From positions 41,576 to 105,575 of IMG/VR virus record IMGVR_UViG_3300036715_002842: DNA of 64,000 bases. The stretch is one strand, 5' to 3'. Every line of letters starts with the position of its first letter. Within the stretch, counting starts at the first letter, position 1. The notes beneath the pieces were generated by a model. It searched no databases. It saw nothing but the letters and a program-made list of their open reading frames with translations, and had not been told where the DNA came from. The translations under genes and the position numbers were made by a program. Source of the DNA: a virus. Shown piece by piece: positions 45,492-54,978 of the stretch.

Positions 45492-46486
45492 GCTTTAACC
45501 TCTTCAATCCAACTGAACAGGTAACTTTGGTAGATTTTTCAGGAATAGTTTACCGCTCTCAGTATTCTCAACAAGCTGCAAGCATTAGCACCTTCGTTGG
45601 GGATCAAGCTGCAGGACCTACCGTGATTCTTCTAGGTAGTGTTATGAAGCTGGTCAAGGACTTCACGAATCCAATCTTCGTGATTGATGGTTGGCCGAAA
45701 GGGAAGTATAAGATCTATCCAAAGTATAAATTTTCTCGGAAAGTTGAAAAAGAAAAGGATCCTCAGAACGAGGTGAAGAGAGCGGTTCGTAACTCGTTAA
45801 AAAACTCTCTTCTGCAATATATTCCATCCGTGAATGCCTATCATCCAGATGAAGAAGCGGACGACAGTATCGCTTCCTTGGCGGTTCAGTTGAAGGCAAA
45901 GGGAGTGAAGGTCTGCATCGTCAGTGCTGACCGAGATCTCTGGCAGCTTCTCGATGATGGAATCCGGATCTTTGCCCCATCGAATGAAGGTGGTTACTTC
46001 GAAGTCACCCCTGAAAAGGTCTTAGATACCTTCGGATGTCCAAAAGAGAAGATTGCACTCTACAAGACCTGGCTTGGAGATGCCGGAGACGATGTACCCA
46101 AGATTTTCCGACTTCCCACGAAGCTCGCTCTGACTCTGATCAATGCCAGTGATGATGTGGAAGATTCTCTCGTGAAGATTCCATACATCATCAACGATCC
46201 CAAACATTCGAAGTGGAAGTCTGCCATGCTGGAATTCGCAGATCAGGCACGCATCAACTGGGAATTGGTCAACGCAAAGAGGGATCTTGAGGTGGGCTTC
46301 GCTTACTTTCGCTCAGACCCAAACATCCTCCAGTCTCTTCTCGATGCTTATCAGGTTCAAGGGTTCACCGCCCAGGAACTTCACCATACAATGATTCCCC
46401 ATCAAGAGAACGCTCTTCAGATTCTGAACAAGCACGGTTTCCTTGGTAAGGTCTGGAAGTTCGAAGAAATCTACTCGGCAAGCTAA
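45488..46486 (+). CDS. 5'-3' exonuclease (Pol I N-terminal/flap endonuclease family)
   Basis: LVD, VIDG, YPKYK..R, EADDSIA, VSADRDLWQL, GDAGDDVP. Confidence 0.9.
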   Translation: MSFNLFNPTEQVTLVDFSGIVYRSQYSQQAASISTFVGDQAAGPTVILLGSVMKLVKDFTNPIFVIDGWPKGKYKIYPKYKFSRKVEKEKDPQNEVKRAVRNSLKNSLLQYIPSVNAYHPDEEADDSIASLAVQLKAKGVKVCIVSADRDLWQLLDDGIRIFAPSNEGGYFEVTPEKVLDTFGCPKEKIALYKTWLGDAGDDVPKIFRLPTKLALTLINASDDVEDSLVKIPYIINDPKHSKWKSAMLEFADQARINWELVNAKRDLEVGFAYFRSDPNILQSLLDAYQVQGFTAQELHHTMIPHQENALQILNKHGFLGKVWKFEEIYSAS

Positions 46487-46683
46487 TGCGATCTCAAAAA
46501 TATCTCAAAGCAAATATGCCGTGCCCTAAGTGTGGGGAGAACATTGTTTTCCTTGTTTCAGATCATCCAGATTTCAAGGAACCCTTGATTTTAAAACTAG
46601 AAAAGGAAGTAGCTACCCTGAAGAAGAAGTTGAAACAACTTCAGTCTCCGGAAAAAATAACGGTTAACAACAGTAAGAGGTGA
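46486..46683 (+). CDS. Small CxxC/coiled-coil protein
   Basis: CPKCG; TAATG coupling. Confidence 0.55.
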   Translation: MRSQKYLKANMPCPKCGENIVFLVSDHPDFKEPLILKLEKEVATLKKKLKQLQSPEKITVNNSKR

Positions 46684-46687
46684 AAAC

Positions 46688-47902
46688 GTGGCAATGCCCA
46701 TCCAGTTTAGTCTTCCATACGCGTCTCTACAGAATTACCGTCACTTGATGGCGGTGATCGACAAGACGGATTCGGTCGGTTCTACTTTCGATTTGATGAT
46801 CACTCCAATCAAAGGGGATGGAACAAACCCCGATAGCCTGACCTTGGAAGTCTCCCGGGACAAGGCTTACGGTCTGGTTCAGATCACCAAGGACGTAAAG
46901 GTCACCGCCGGTTCTGGAGAGACCTTCCTGCTTTCCACCTCCATCTTTGCTGCCCTTCCGGAGACGGATTCTACTAGTCCGATCGAGTTTACCGTAGATG
47001 AAAAGCTGTTCGTGACCTACCCCAACACCGCGGACATGCAGGATGTGAAGTTCGACTTCGAGTACAGTGACAATCCGGCCTTATTCCTTCGGAAACCAGT
47101 CGTTCAGCCTCAGTATACCTTCAACCAGGCAACTTGGAAGGTGCTGGATTCGTTCATCGAGGCGGCTTCGGACTATACCCTGAAGAAGGAAGAGGCCGAG
47201 TCCATGTCCACGGTCAAGCTGACCCTGGATCCCAATGGTTCGGCCGTGATCGAAGCTACCAATGGAACAGATGCCTTCACCTCGGAGATTAAGCTCACGA
47301 ACGTGGCTTTCACTGGAACAGCGGCCTTCGAGTGCCTTCTCCATCCTCCCACGTGGACCGCTGCAATGCTGCTGGGTTCCCGTGCATCTGGGGATGTCTA
47401 CGTTGGAATGGACAAGGACAATATCACCTTCGCTTCCGATGGAATGGTGCTGACTCATTCGATCATGAACTACCCAAACTTCCCGACCGTGATGGATGTT
47501 ATTAAAGAGCACATCCAGAAGCCGAACGACACCTTCAGCTCGAAGATCAATCCCATGCTCTTCCATGGAAAGCTGAAGTATCTCGAGAACGTTGGTATGA
47601 CTGCGAAGACCTGGGAGCCCTTGTTCATCGTTTCCGACAATGGTGGGGTTCCTCTTGTGAAGCTGAAGGGTTTCCAGTCCAATGGTCAGGCGAAGATCGC
47701 GGACAAGGCAATCTTGGATATCACTTGGAAGCAGACGAAGGATATCCGTATTCCGGCTCGTTTGATGCTTCGCTCACTAGTAATCTGCGATACCCTGGGA
47801 CTTACGGATCTGTTCGATATCGAAGGACTGCCGGCGGTCTTCATGTCGAACCCAGAGAGAAGCTGCTTCATTCTTCTCGCACAGGAAGTTTCTGAAGGAT
47901 AG
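46688..47902 (+). CDS. Probable beta sliding clamp-like protein
   Basis: About 400 aa, acidic; IEATNG and NYPNF resemble DnaN VATDG and YPDY; in the replication operon; a DnaX-like loader is in the window. Confidence 0.45.
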   Translation: MAMPIQFSLPYASLQNYRHLMAVIDKTDSVGSTFDLMITPIKGDGTNPDSLTLEVSRDKAYGLVQITKDVKVTAGSGETFLLSTSIFAALPETDSTSPIEFTVDEKLFVTYPNTADMQDVKFDFEYSDNPALFLRKPVVQPQYTFNQATWKVLDSFIEAASDYTLKKEEAESMSTVKLTLDPNGSAVIEATNGTDAFTSEIKLTNVAFTGTAAFECLLHPPTWTAAMLLGSRASGDVYVGMDKDNITFASDGMVLTHSIMNYPNFPTVMDVIKEHIQKPNDTFSSKINPMLFHGKLKYLENVGMTAKTWEPLFIVSDNGGVPLVKLKGFQSNGQAKIADKAILDITWKQTKDIRIPARLMLRSLVICDTLGLTDLFDIEGLPAVFMSNPERSCFILLAQEVSEG

Positions 47903-47920
47903 TCAATCTGGTTTAAAATT

Positions 47921-47948
47921 GGGGAGGGATCTCGGTCCCTCCCTTTTT
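47921..47948 (+). terminator. Intrinsic terminator
   Basis: GGGAGGGA-TCTCGG-TCCCTCCC-TTTTT. Confidence 0.75.
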
Positions 47949-48051
47949 CTTCCCCGTTTAGACGTTGATTCCGCCCTGTTGGGTTACTTCATAGAGGACC
48001 GGTTTTTCCAAAACGGGATCCTCTACTATAATCAATTGAGGGAGATGTCCT

Positions 48052-48852
48052 ATGCCGGCTCTTTTTTCGAATGACAGGCCCAAGGTTAATTTTCAGCTAG
48101 TGACTTTCAAGTACTCCGAAATGTCCGAGCTGGATGGATCTGCCCGCACAAGAATCTCGAAGCGAATGGATCTTCGGATCCCTTTCAACTCCCCAGAAAT
48201 TCAGGCACAGGTCAATGTTCTCTACTATATCAATCTAGGTACCAATCACCTTCCGGAAGCGGATTTCAGCTTGGCTTTCTGGTACACAGACGAAGCTGTA
48301 CCAGCAGTCGAAGCCGCGATCCTTTCCATCAAGAAGAAGAATTCCCAGACCCTCGTGAATGTGTTGGGTGTGGTACGTGGAAAGATGGCCGAGGTCTCCC
48401 AGAAGGAGTTCTATCCTGACAAGGAGATCAATGGCGTCAAGACCCAGCCTACGATCATCACTCCAGAAGTTCTGAAGAACCTGGAAGCCGAGAGAGCTGC
48501 AGCGGCTTTTATGATGCGTTCGTACCTCGTGAGCGTGGACCTGAGCTTCGACAGTTCCTGGAAGGACCTTGACAAGTCCAAGAAGGATTCAATGCTCAAG
48601 GCCCTGATCGGTCATGCAGAGAAGACCTTCCCTGGAATCGTTTCTACGGTCCTGGTGGATACCCCCATGTCAACCCACCCACAGACCTTGGTGATCTACG
48701 CGGATCATTATACGGACGTACAGTCCTACATGGCAACCCTGTCAAACCTTTCAATCTACGCTTACATCGAGGACTTCACGAAGGTCCTGATCTGCAACCA
48801 TACCTCCTGCGCGACATTGGAGTCCCCAAAGGAAATGGTCCGTCGGAGCTAA
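48052..48852 (+). CDS. Hypothetical protein, possible chlorite-dismutase/ChdC-like fold
   Basis: EADFSLAFW; WKDLDKSKKDSML...H...TFPGI two-domain pattern. Confidence 0.3.
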   Translation: MPALFSNDRPKVNFQLVTFKYSEMSELDGSARTRISKRMDLRIPFNSPEIQAQVNVLYYINLGTNHLPEADFSLAFWYTDEAVPAVEAAILSIKKKNSQTLVNVLGVVRGKMAEVSQKEFYPDKEINGVKTQPTIITPEVLKNLEAERAAAAFMMRSYLVSVDLSFDSSWKDLDKSKKDSMLKALIGHAEKTFPGIVSTVLVDTPMSTHPQTLVIYADHYTDVQSYMATLSNLSIYAYIEDFTKVLICNHTSCATLESPKEMVRRS

Positions 48853-48889
48853 CTCTCCATTCTACTTGTCTCAACTTCTCGGAGAAGCC

Positions 48890-49093
48890 ATGGCACAAGA
48901 ATGGTTTGAAAGACCCCTGATGGACCCAGTTGAGTCCTTGTCCCAATTCGAGACAATCAAGCAGCGTTTACGTAGGCTCTCTGAGGATTACGCGTCACAC
49001 CTAGAGTTCCTTCAACAGCAGCTACACCCAAGCACCATGGTAGAGGGTGTAACGCAATATGACTTCTTCTCTACCTCGGATAAGAAACTCTAG
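48890..49093 (+). CDS. Hypothetical protein
   Basis: SD GGAGA, ATG at 48890. Confidence 0.5.
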   Translation: MAQEWFERPLMDPVESLSQFETIKQRLRRLSEDYASHLEFLQQQLHPSTMVEGVTQYDFFSTSDKKL

Positions 49094-49094
49094 T

Positions 49095-49682
49095 ATGACA
49101 GCTGACGGTGAAGTTCAGAAACCAGAAATCGGGGAGCGCCTTGAGTACTTGAAAAAGGCTACCCAGGGTTTCAAGATGGACCTGGAGAGCTCCAACACCA
49201 AGTTGGAAGAGGTAAAGGTCTGCCTCGGAGAAATCACCGACATTCTTGAACTGCTGAGCAAAACCCTCACTATCTCTGATCAGATGGACTTAAGTTATCG
49301 GCATCGGATCATCCAGGATCTCGAATCTTTCAAGAGCACAAAAGCGCTTCTTGAGAAGCTGACGGAGTCCCTGAGTAAAGACAATCCAGACATTTACAAG
49401 AAGATCCTGGACTTCGTTTCCACTAACGAGAAGACGATTCTGGACATTGGAACTGCAGTTAGGCAGAACACTGTCGACATGGCAACTTCTCTGAAGTACC
49501 TTCGCAAGCTCAACTGCGAGGATGAGACTGGCAGACCCTTGACTGGATTCGCTTGGCTGGGATACCATCTCATGAAGGGTGCTCAGGGCGCTCTCGCAGG
49601 TATCATCATTGCATTGATTTATTGGTTCCTGAGATACGTACTGCCAGCGATTATGAACTGGGGCTCCAACGTAAAACCGTGA
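49095..49682 (+). CDS. Coiled-coil protein with a C-terminal transmembrane helix
   Basis: Heptad-rich; ALAGIIIALIYWFL. Confidence 0.6.
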   Translation: MTADGEVQKPEIGERLEYLKKATQGFKMDLESSNTKLEEVKVCLGEITDILELLSKTLTISDQMDLSYRHRIIQDLESFKSTKALLEKLTESLSKDNPDIYKKILDFVSTNEKTILDIGTAVRQNTVDMATSLKYLRKLNCEDETGRPLTGFAWLGYHLMKGAQGALAGIIIALIYWFLRYVLPAIMNWGSNVKP

Positions 49683-49698
49683 TCTACGTTAAATATAC

Positions 49699-51024
49699 GT
49701 GGATACTTCTATTCTGACGGAGCAGTACCTCCAGGCGCTTTACCGATATCGAAAGAATATCGGTTGGATCTCGAGCATCTATTTCGACGATGCTGTCTCT
49801 ACCGCTTGCATAGACATCCACAGCAATGTCACGATTAGTCCGGCTTTCTGTGAGATTTGGATTACCTGCATTGAAGACTGGGCGTTTCTTCTGGGTCATG
49901 AGAATGGACATAAGACTGTTTCAACTATCCTCTGTTCGAACTTCGAGTTGAACTGGCGCTATTCACTTCTGAGTGAGCACTTTGGTTCGAACTACATGCA
50001 GGATCTTTTCATCAATCAGATGCTCTTCCATGCAATCCCAAGCACGGTTCCAGAGAGGTACTACGGTAACCAGCCTGCGTGGGATCTGTATCTGTTACAG
50101 CGTTCCCCTAAGATCCTGAAGAAGTGCCCTCAGAATACTCCAGAATTGGAGAACAAGCTCAAGCTGATGCTCCTGGCTTGCAATCGGTGGTACCGCTCAG
50201 CAGATTACGCAGATCTGTTTAAGGTTTTTGAAACCGCTTGCGACTACCTCCTTCTATGCCTGAACTCCGGTCATCGTCCCCAGTCTAAACCTGATCAGAT
50301 GATGGTTCAGCACGAAGAGGCTGAGAAGGACTCCGAGAGTACTCTTGATCCGGATGACTGTTCCGTGGATGGAGAAGCAGAGACCACCACGAAGATCAAG
50401 TACAAGCTGAATATCCCTTTCGTAACAGACTTCTCAGATCTAATGGATTTCGATAACGAGACATACCAAAAGGTCAAATGTATGTCGGATCTGATCGAGG
50501 ATCAGGTTGCGAAGATTCCGGACATGTTCGGAAATAAGTCGTACGTGGGTTACTCGGATCCTCAGGTTGATGAGCTTGTTGCCTGGCAACTTGAACAGTA
50601 CATTCCTTGGACCGAGAGATTCCAGTCTTCCCCAGATAGGGAAGTCAAGGTCATTTTCGACGTATCCGGTTCGATGTTCCCTTACCTCACGCTCCTGTCT
50701 AAGGTCCGAAGCCTCCTACAGACTTACCAGACTGACTACTATGCGTTCAGCACCATTCTGGCGAAAATTGAATTTTTCCAGGACCACGCAGAGACTTACA
50801 CTGGAGCAGGAACCGACCTGGACCCCATCCTCGCTCTACTAGATCGAATCGAACCGTGCCTAGCCTTTATTATTACCGACGGTGGTTGGGGACTTCGTAA
50901 GAAGAAGCTACCAGATGAGATTCAGGCTATCTTCGAGAAGCATCGCGTTGTTGTGTTTCAACAGGGAATCGGAAAGATCCCCTATTTACCCTCTTCAGTT
51001 GGGGTCCTCCAGATAGGAATATGA
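49699..51024 (+). CDS. HExxH metallopeptidase-like + VWA domain protein (DUF2201-type)
   Basis: LGHENGH; FDVSGSM (MIDAS), GTD, IITDG. Confidence 0.75.
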   Translation: MDTSILTEQYLQALYRYRKNIGWISSIYFDDAVSTACIDIHSNVTISPAFCEIWITCIEDWAFLLGHENGHKTVSTILCSNFELNWRYSLLSEHFGSNYMQDLFINQMLFHAIPSTVPERYYGNQPAWDLYLLQRSPKILKKCPQNTPELENKLKLMLLACNRWYRSADYADLFKVFETACDYLLLCLNSGHRPQSKPDQMMVQHEEAEKDSESTLDPDDCSVDGEAETTTKIKYKLNIPFVTDFSDLMDFDNETYQKVKCMSDLIEDQVAKIPDMFGNKSYVGYSDPQVDELVAWQLEQYIPWTERFQSSPDREVKVIFDVSGSMFPYLTLLSKVRSLLQTYQTDYYAFSTILAKIEFFQDHAETYTGAGTDLDPILALLDRIEPCLAFIITDGGWGLRKKKLPDEIQAIFEKHRVVVFQQGIGKIPYLPSSVGVLQIGI

Positions 51025-51025
51025 C

Positions 51026-52126
51026 ATGGTTTCAAAACTTCAGCGGTTGCCGCAAGACCTTGGAATCCTGGGTTGGGACTCAGTCTCCCCGACCTTTTTC
51101 TGTGCCTGGATCTCCAATATCCCTTGCGTGTTTATTGGAGATCCAGGAGCGGCAAAAACTACCTTTCAGGTTCGTTTTGCTAGAGCTCTTGAATTGAAGC
51201 TAGACGTATTAGATTTGCAGTATCTTTCAACTACTAGACTCTTGGGCATACCAAACCCGGAAAAACTACGTGTTTCAGTTCTTGAGTACGTGGGCGGTCT
51301 ACTTTCTACAAAACCAGATGTGGTCATTCTAGATGAGTTGAATCGTTGTCAAGATCAGGTTCAGGGCATTATTCTAGAGTTTCTTCGTGAAGGTAGATTG
51401 AACAACAGCTACCTCAAGTGCAAGAGAGTAGCAAGTTGTAACCCACCAGCAAACAATCTCGTGGGAGTTCATTACTTAGATTACGCACAGGCCACTCGTC
51501 TGATTCATATCTCAATTCCGAATCTATCGATCTCCCTGCGCGAACAGTTCATTGATGATTGGAACGTTCAGTTCGTTACAACACCTGAAACGAAGCTTCT
51601 TTGTCAGGAACTTAATTCGCTGGAGCTTCTCAAGCCCAACCCAGCACACGTTAAGTCCATCGCAATCGCCTTGCTCGATTCATTCAACAATATTCCTGTT
51701 TCCGGGCGGCAAATTGATCTTCTGTTGCGACTTCTGTCCGCTAGCTGGACTCTCGAGACCAACGGGTTCCATAGTTTCACTGGTCTGGACATCGCAAGAC
51801 TTGGCGCTTCAATCGTTCCATTCCAGTTAACTAGAAACAGCTGGAATATTACTGACGGGGAGCTTTTCGCTACCCAGATGTCCAAGAAACTGCCGGATTT
51901 CCCATGGAAGTCAGAAGAAGTAATCAAAACCCAGAATTTATCAGTTCAAGTTGAACAAACGCAAATGAAGTTTCAAATGATGGAAATCGAATCAATCCTT
52001 CCACATTGTAAAGGAACTTCTTTAGAGAATTTCATTGCGTTTGAGGTCTTTGTTGCGAAGGCAGCGTCCGACCCCAGGTTCCAGGTTGAGTTCGATAACT
52101 GGAACCTTCTCGAAAAGTTGAGGTAA
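51026..52126 (+). CDS. MoxR-like AAA+ ATPase
   Basis: GDPGAAKT, ILDELNR, ASCNP; partner of the VWA gene. Confidence 0.8.
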   Translation: MVSKLQRLPQDLGILGWDSVSPTFFCAWISNIPCVFIGDPGAAKTTFQVRFARALELKLDVLDLQYLSTTRLLGIPNPEKLRVSVLEYVGGLLSTKPDVVILDELNRCQDQVQGIILEFLREGRLNNSYLKCKRVASCNPPANNLVGVHYLDYAQATRLIHISIPNLSISLREQFIDDWNVQFVTTPETKLLCQELNSLELLKPNPAHVKSIAIALLDSFNNIPVSGRQIDLLLRLLSASWTLETNGFHSFTGLDIARLGASIVPFQLTRNSWNITDGELFATQMSKKLPDFPWKSEEVIKTQNLSVQVEQTQMKFQMMEIESILPHCKGTSLENFIAFEVFVAKAASDPRFQVEFDNWNLLEKLR

Positions 52127-52133
52127 CGCAAAG

Positions 52134-52440
52134 GATTCTAGAGCTTATCAATTCCGACTGTATCCCAACGAAGCTCAGAAAGCTAAGTTGAAAAAGGATT
52201 TTGGTACTTATAGATGGCTTTGGAATCAATACACGGCTCGTTGGCAAGGTAAGGTAGTTCTGAAAGTGGATCATTGGTTTCCTTCCAGCCAGCTTTGCCA
52301 CAAATGTTACAACCAACAGAAATTGTCGCAGGGCTACTCGGTTACTGCGGATGGAGGCACGGTAAGACCTCGTGGTAGGCGCAAGTCAACTACGAGGCTG
52401 GTACTTGTGAAATCCAAAAAACCCCTAGATTTATATCACA
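52134..52440 (+). pseudogene. tnpB: Internally deleted IS200/IS605 tnpB remnant
   Basis: RAYQFRLYPNEAQK...FG..RWLWN (TnpB N-terminus) joined in frame to W.GK.V.KVD.WFPSSQLC..C (Zn ribbon) and a G...TA.GG.VRP tail; RuvC core absent. Confidence 0.75.
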
Positions 52441-52567
52441 ATCCTCAAAATTTATAGACCCTTAATTAAAAGTTGAGGTAACGTAAAAATATAACTTCTG
52501 AATCCTCTCTGATTATCAAATGGGAGGATTCTACTTTCAACCATCCATTTTACCCTAGGAGGTTAGC

Positions 52568-53665
52568 ATGGCAAAGTTCCAAGACCTGCTTCCCACCGGC
52601 AAGAAAAATCCTCGTGCTACTTCGGTCACCGCAAATCGTCGGAAAGCTGACGACGAAATGCCAACCGATTTAGCCGCGCCGGGGGAAACTGAAGCCGTAG
52701 AGAACACTGAGGTCCCAGAGGACGCAGTGGAAATCGATGGCAAGATCTACACAACCGTCGAAGGTGACCTGCTTGTGGTCCCCGACGAGCCCCTAGTTGT
52801 TGAGGGCCTCGACGAGCCCCTTCACCAGGTTGAGATCTCCCTCGTTTCCGAGGAAGAGGTTGCTCCTGCTGAAGCAGCTCCTGCCGACCTGGCAACTGAG
52901 CCCGCGGGTGAGTCCAAGCACGCTGAGGGGGATGAGGCCGATGAGGATCTGTATGAGAGCATGGTAGCTTTCGACGATCCTTCCACCCACTCCGCTTTCT
53001 TCAAGGGCGGATCTGAGGCCAATCCAACTTGGTACCTCACCTTCAATGGCGACCTGAAGGCCCACGTGGCATTCAGCGACCAGGCCTCCGACGACAAGTT
53101 CAAGGAGTTCTTCGCCAGCGACAACTTCCCCGCAAAGGTGAAGGACACCGCACGTTCCCTGGGTTGGGGCAAGGTCCTGTCCAGCTTGAAGGCCAAGATC
53201 TACTCGGCCAAGAACGTAAAGGCCATGCCCGAGAAGATCGACATGGCAGCTCTGCGCGAAGAAGTTCGCACGGAGATCAAGAACAACATCGGCCTGGCAT
53301 ACTCTGCCATGGTTGGTTCGCTCCGCACCAATCCCATCGCCGCAACCCTCTTCGAGGCAGTGCGCGAGAGCGGAATGGAAGCCCCTGAGGTCTTCACCGC
53401 CTCGGTAATCCAGGCATCGGCCGGAGAGTTTGTCAACTCCCTGCTCGACACCGTGGATGAGGTGGCTGGCATGAGCAAGCAGGTACAGGGCGAGTTCAAG
53501 AACCTGATCGCACGGACGATCGTTCCTGTCGAGTCCCGTCCTACTTACACCCCTGACAAGGCGTTCATGGCTAAGCTCCAGGAGAACAGTGTCCCTGTCG
53601 CTCCCGTAGCCTCCACCGACGCGCCCAAAACCTCAACCCGCCGTTTCGCTGGCATTCTTTCCTAA
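52568..53665 (+). CDS. Head scaffold/prohead-associated protein
   Basis: Acidic low-complexity N-terminal half, helical C-terminal half; first gene of the capsid cluster. Confidence 0.5.
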   Translation: MAKFQDLLPTGKKNPRATSVTANRRKADDEMPTDLAAPGETEAVENTEVPEDAVEIDGKIYTTVEGDLLVVPDEPLVVEGLDEPLHQVEISLVSEEEVAPAEAAPADLATEPAGESKHAEGDEADEDLYESMVAFDDPSTHSAFFKGGSEANPTWYLTFNGDLKAHVAFSDQASDDKFKEFFASDNFPAKVKDTARSLGWGKVLSSLKAKIYSAKNVKAMPEKIDMAALREEVRTEIKNNIGLAYSAMVGSLRTNPIAATLFEAVRESGMEAPEVFTASVIQASAGEFVNSLLDTVDEVAGMSKQVQGEFKNLIARTIVPVESRPTYTPDKAFMAKLQENSVPVAPVASTDAPKTSTRRFAGILS

Positions 53666-53678
53666 GAGGAGGTAATAC

Positions 53679-54362
53679 ATGTTAGATCTCACCCGTATCC
53701 AAGGTGGAACCATGATCCCGGAGATCCCTCTGGCTCTTGGCGTCAACCCTGACGAGTCCGGTCTGGCTTTCGTCCGCGTCGCCGATGTACAGGGCAACGA
53801 GGCCATCAAGCCATCTACCGGAGCTGTTGGCGAAATCTTCGTCGGCGTCGCCTATCTGGACAAGCACGCTGCCGCCACTGGCGTTCGTGTGGGCTACCGC
53901 GTTCTGGTGCCTGCTTCGAATCCCCTGAGCGTCACCCTGCCCGATCAGATCGGTATCAGCAACCTGAAGGTCGTCAGCGCCACCGGCGTTGTGGCCCCAG
54001 CAGCTGACTACACCCTGGCTGGCAATGTGCTGACCTTCGTTGCCGGCTATGCCAGCACCGAGCAGTTCCTTTCCTACAACTACACCCTGAGTCAGTCGCA
54101 GCTCACGGCGCTGGGCATTAGCCCCGTTCCCTCTGCGGCTTCCTTCCTGGGTAAGATGGCCGTCCTGGCTGGCACCGTTCGCGTCTTCGTATCGAACTTC
54201 GATGCAAGCGCTGACTTCGCCATCACCGGCGCCAACTCCCAGGTGACTCTGGCAGCGGATGGTATGTTCTCTGTCGGTGGCGCAACTGCCATCGGTCACT
54301 GCTTCCACGTGCCAACTGCTCAGGATCCTTATCTGGGTGTTGAGTTCACGACTGGCAAGTAA
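53679..54362 (+). CDS. Capsid decoration/cement-like protein
   Basis: A/G/V/T-rich, ends in P....PYLG; lies between the scaffold-like gene and MCP. Confidence 0.5.
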   Translation: MLDLTRIQGGTMIPEIPLALGVNPDESGLAFVRVADVQGNEAIKPSTGAVGEIFVGVAYLDKHAAATGVRVGYRVLVPASNPLSVTLPDQIGISNLKVVSATGVVAPAADYTLAGNVLTFVAGYASTEQFLSYNYTLSQSQLTALGISPVPSAASFLGKMAVLAGTVRVFVSNFDASADFAITGANSQVTLAADGMFSVGGATAIGHCFHVPTAQDPYLGVEFTTGK

Positions 54363-54392
54363 ACCACAACCCCATCTGAGGAAAGGATCGTC

Positions 54393-54962
54393 ATGCTGAG
54401 AACCGCTAAATCCTTAGATGGGCTGGTTGAGTCGATCAACGCCTTGAAGAAAGTTCATCGGTTTGCCGCATTGGTAACCGATGAGAAACTCCAGGAGCTA
54501 CTTTCTAAGTCTTCGGACCAGAAGCTAGCAAAAAGAGCTTCAATCGTTGGTTCCCACGCCAGTCCAGACTACGCCCGGGCGTTGCTGGCTGCTACAATCC
54601 GCGAGATCCAGAAGATTTCGGATCTCGCGGATGTAGAAACTGACTTCCCCGAGATGGTTCCTCCCACCGAGGAAGCACCTGCAGAAGGTGGGGAAGAGGC
54701 ACCAGTAGTTTCGGAAGAGGCTCCCGCCGCCGTCCCTGCTGAGGCACTTCTTGCAGAACCTGAGGTAGAAGTTGCCGTAGAAGGTGAAGGAGTTGAGCTG
54801 GTCCATGCAGAGGACAGCAAACTCTACATGGTACTGCCCAATTCGACAGTGTTGAAACTGTCCGACGCTTCACCAGAGGAAGCCAAAGTCGCAATGGCTC
54901 TTCTCAAACAGGCAAAGTCTACTTCCAACCCAAGTCAACCCATCCCCGCTGTGCAGCGTTAA
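54393..54962 (+). CDS. Head-associated hypothetical protein
   Basis: Glu/Ala/Pro-rich, in the capsid operon. Confidence 0.55.
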   Translation: MLRTAKSLDGLVESINALKKVHRFAALVTDEKLQELLSKSSDQKLAKRASIVGSHASPDYARALLAATIREIQKISDLADVETDFPEMVPPTEEAPAEGGEEAPVVSEEAPAAVPAEALLAEPEVEVAVEGEGVELVHAEDSKLYMVLPNSTVLKLSDASPEEAKVAMALLKQAKSTSNPSQPIPAVQR

Positions 54963-54978
54963 CTTCCAGGAGGAATCC

